NCBI GenBank assembly: GCA_963817915.1 | Contig: CAWFQL010000016.1 | Span: 160,001 to 224,000, forward strand | Direction: 5' to 3' | Source: an uncultured candidate division Zixibacteria bacterium | GTDB lineage: Bacteria > Zixibacteria > MSB-5A5 > UBA10806 | Length of the DNA stretch: 64,000 bases | Part shown: positions 62,337-64,000 of the stretch, piece after piece | How positions within the stretch are numbered: position 1 is the first letter of the stretch | Layout: each line of letters opens with the position of its first letter | The notes under the pieces: model-generated | Seen by the model: only the letters and a program-made list of their open reading frames with translations | Database searches by the model: none | What the model was told of the DNA's origin: nothing | Made by a program: the position numbers and the translations under genes

Positions 62337-64000
62337 ATGAGAAGAAATATTATTACGGCAATATCAATTGCCTTCAGCATTATAGTTTTAGCATCCCCGG
62401 TAAGGGCATTTGATCCCTCCGGACTTCTGGAAATCCGCTACATTAATGTTGGATGGGGCAGTTCGATCCTTGTAATTGGACCTGACGGCACTACTATTCT
62501 TATGGACGGCGGAAGTGATGGCAAAGGAAATTCCAGAATTATCCCATATCTGCAATCAATCGGTCTTACGCCATCGGATGATCTTGACTATATGATCGCA
62601 AGCCATCAGCATTCGGACCATATAGGCGGCCTGGATGAAGTAATTTACGGCGGTTACGATGTCCTCAACGCGGTCTATTACAACGGCAGCAATTATAGCA
62701 ATAGCTACGTCACGGCATTCAGAAACGCCGCGGCGACAACAACGGCAGGGCCAATACGCATATTCCCCCTGGGCTCATCGATTCAGCTGGGCGACAGCGC
62801 CACTGCTACCTGTGTCTGCCAGGATGGTACTGTTATCGGTCATGGTCTCGTGCCGGGCTCAAGAACAGATGAAAACGATCGCTCATTGGCTATTCTGATA
62901 AAATATAAAAACTTCGAATATCTTTTTGCGGGAGATATGGGCGGCGGCAATACTGACCAGTCATGCACCGGCAGATCCACCAGCCAAGCCAATGTTGAAA
63001 CTCCATTAGCCCAGGCAATCACTCCGGGCGGGGAATTCCCACTGCTCACAAGTAATGGAGTCGAAGTCCTTCATGTCAACCATCACGCCAGCGAAAGCTC
63101 TACAAATAGCGATTACATGAATCTTTTAAAACCGGCGGTCGCCTGTATTTCAGTAGGCGCAGGTCAATCTCCTGACTATATGTTCCCCAGACATGATGTA
63201 GTCGATAATGTTCTGCGGGCCGAAGCATATTGTATTACTGCCGATCCCGCTATCGTGCTTCAAAATGAAGAAGGATATCCGGCGGGAAGCCTGACCAGTT
63301 ATTCGGGATATTGTGTTGGTAATATAATTATCAAAACCGCAGGTGTTAGTACTTTTATAATTGATGGTGACGGCGCTGTAACGGAAGGCCCCGACGAGAG
63401 AGCCGCCCTCGGAATGCCGCGGACAATTCCTCTCGACGGCACGACAGGTGACACGATCCCGCCGGCAGTGACTGTCAATTCTCCCAATGGCAGCGAACAA
63501 TGGTTGGTTGGCTCTCAGCACCCAATCCTCTGGACTGCGACAGATGCCGGTGGCGTCGCTCAATACGGAGTCGAATATACCACGAATTCCGGTTCCAACT
63601 GGCTTTCACTGAGAACTTTCGGCCCCGGAAACCCCGGTATCTTCAATTGGACAATACCATCGACACCATCTGTGAATTGCAAGGTTCGCGTGACATGTGC
63701 CGATTCATCTGGAAATTCCACTAATGATATTTCCGATGCCGCTTTTACAATATATGCCTCGCAGGATACGGCTTATCCAGTAGTCAATGTTGTCTTCCCA
63801 AATGGCGGAGAAATATTGAGTCCCGGAGATATCGATACTATCATGTGGACCGCCACCGATGACGCAGGTGTCGACTCATACGCTCTAAGTTATACAATTA
63901 ATGGAGGCAGTTCTTGGATTACTATAATTTCCAGGACGGCTGGCAATCCTCAGGTTTACGCCTGGACTATCCCAAGTGTCAATTCGGCCAACTGTAAAGT
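62337..64000 (+). CDS. Secreted MBL-fold (ComEC/Rec2-like) metallohydrolase with C-terminal Ig-like repeats (runs off the window)
   Basis: Manual translation: signal peptide MRRNIITAISIAFSIIVLASPVRA, YINVGWG, MDGG, SHQHSDHIGG, ENDRS, AGD, NHH, then V.SPNGSE.W / PNGGE repeats. Confidence 0.85.
   Translation, partial: MRRNIITAISIAFSIIVLASPVRAFDPSGLLEIRYINVGWGSSILVIGPDGTTILMDGGSDGKGNSRIIPYLQSIGLTPSDDLDYMIASHQHSDHIGGLDEVIYGGYDVLNAVYYNGSNYSNSYVTAFRNAAATTTAGPIRIFPLGSSIQLGDSATATCVCQDGTVIGHGLVPGSRTDENDRSLAILIKYKNFEYLFAGDMGGGNTDQSCTGRSTSQANVETPLAQAITPGGEFPLLTSNGVEVLHVNHHASESSTNSDYMNLLKPAVACISVGAGQSPDYMFPRHDVVDNVLRAEAYCITADPAIVLQNEEGYPAGSLTSYSGYCVGNIIIKTAGVSTFIIDGDGAVTEGPDERAALGMPRTIPLDGTTGDTIPPAVTVNSPNGSEQWLVGSQHPILWTATDAGGVAQYGVEYTTNSGSNWLSLRTFGPGNPGIFNWTIPSTPSVNCKVRVTCADSSGNSTNDISDAAFTIYASQDTAYPVVNVVFPNGGEILSPGDIDTIMWTATDDAGVDSYALSYTINGGSSWITIISRTAGNPQVYAWTIPSVNSANCK

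Overview
A 64 kb chromosomal window from a diderm bacterium. Secreted proteins with YPNPFN-type C-terminal tags and Cys-flanked dockerin-like domains suggest a lineage such as candidate division Zixibacteria, which is an inference. Housekeeping content: partial pcrA/uvrD, a complete Pho cluster (phoBR, porin, pstSCAB, phoU), acs, secDF, a Rieske/cytochrome b/nine-heme cytochrome c operon, a heterodimeric ABC exporter, motAB, an ftsEX-envC-holB-ricT-metG run and ilvC. There are also several large secreted hydrolases (M1 peptidase, C25 gingipain-like protease, MBL-fold hydrolase). I found no rRNA, tRNA, CRISPR array, transposase, integrase or reverse transcriptase. Most interesting observations: (1) a REP-flanked array of three secreted BNR/beta-propeller paralogs at 20.8-26.3 kb, with a 5'-truncated leaderless copy, an exact 123-bp duplicated REP spacer, a 71-bp gene-conversion-like patch, variable loops and a G10 tract; (2) a probable leader-peptide transcription attenuator in front of the ABC exporter; (3) mosaic clusters of many different REP-like hairpins; (4) a CTAAY 11-bp-period Pho box; (5) several apparently leaderless transcripts. 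All ten frameshifts I found are +1 single-base insertions, which points to long-read consensus error rather than biology.
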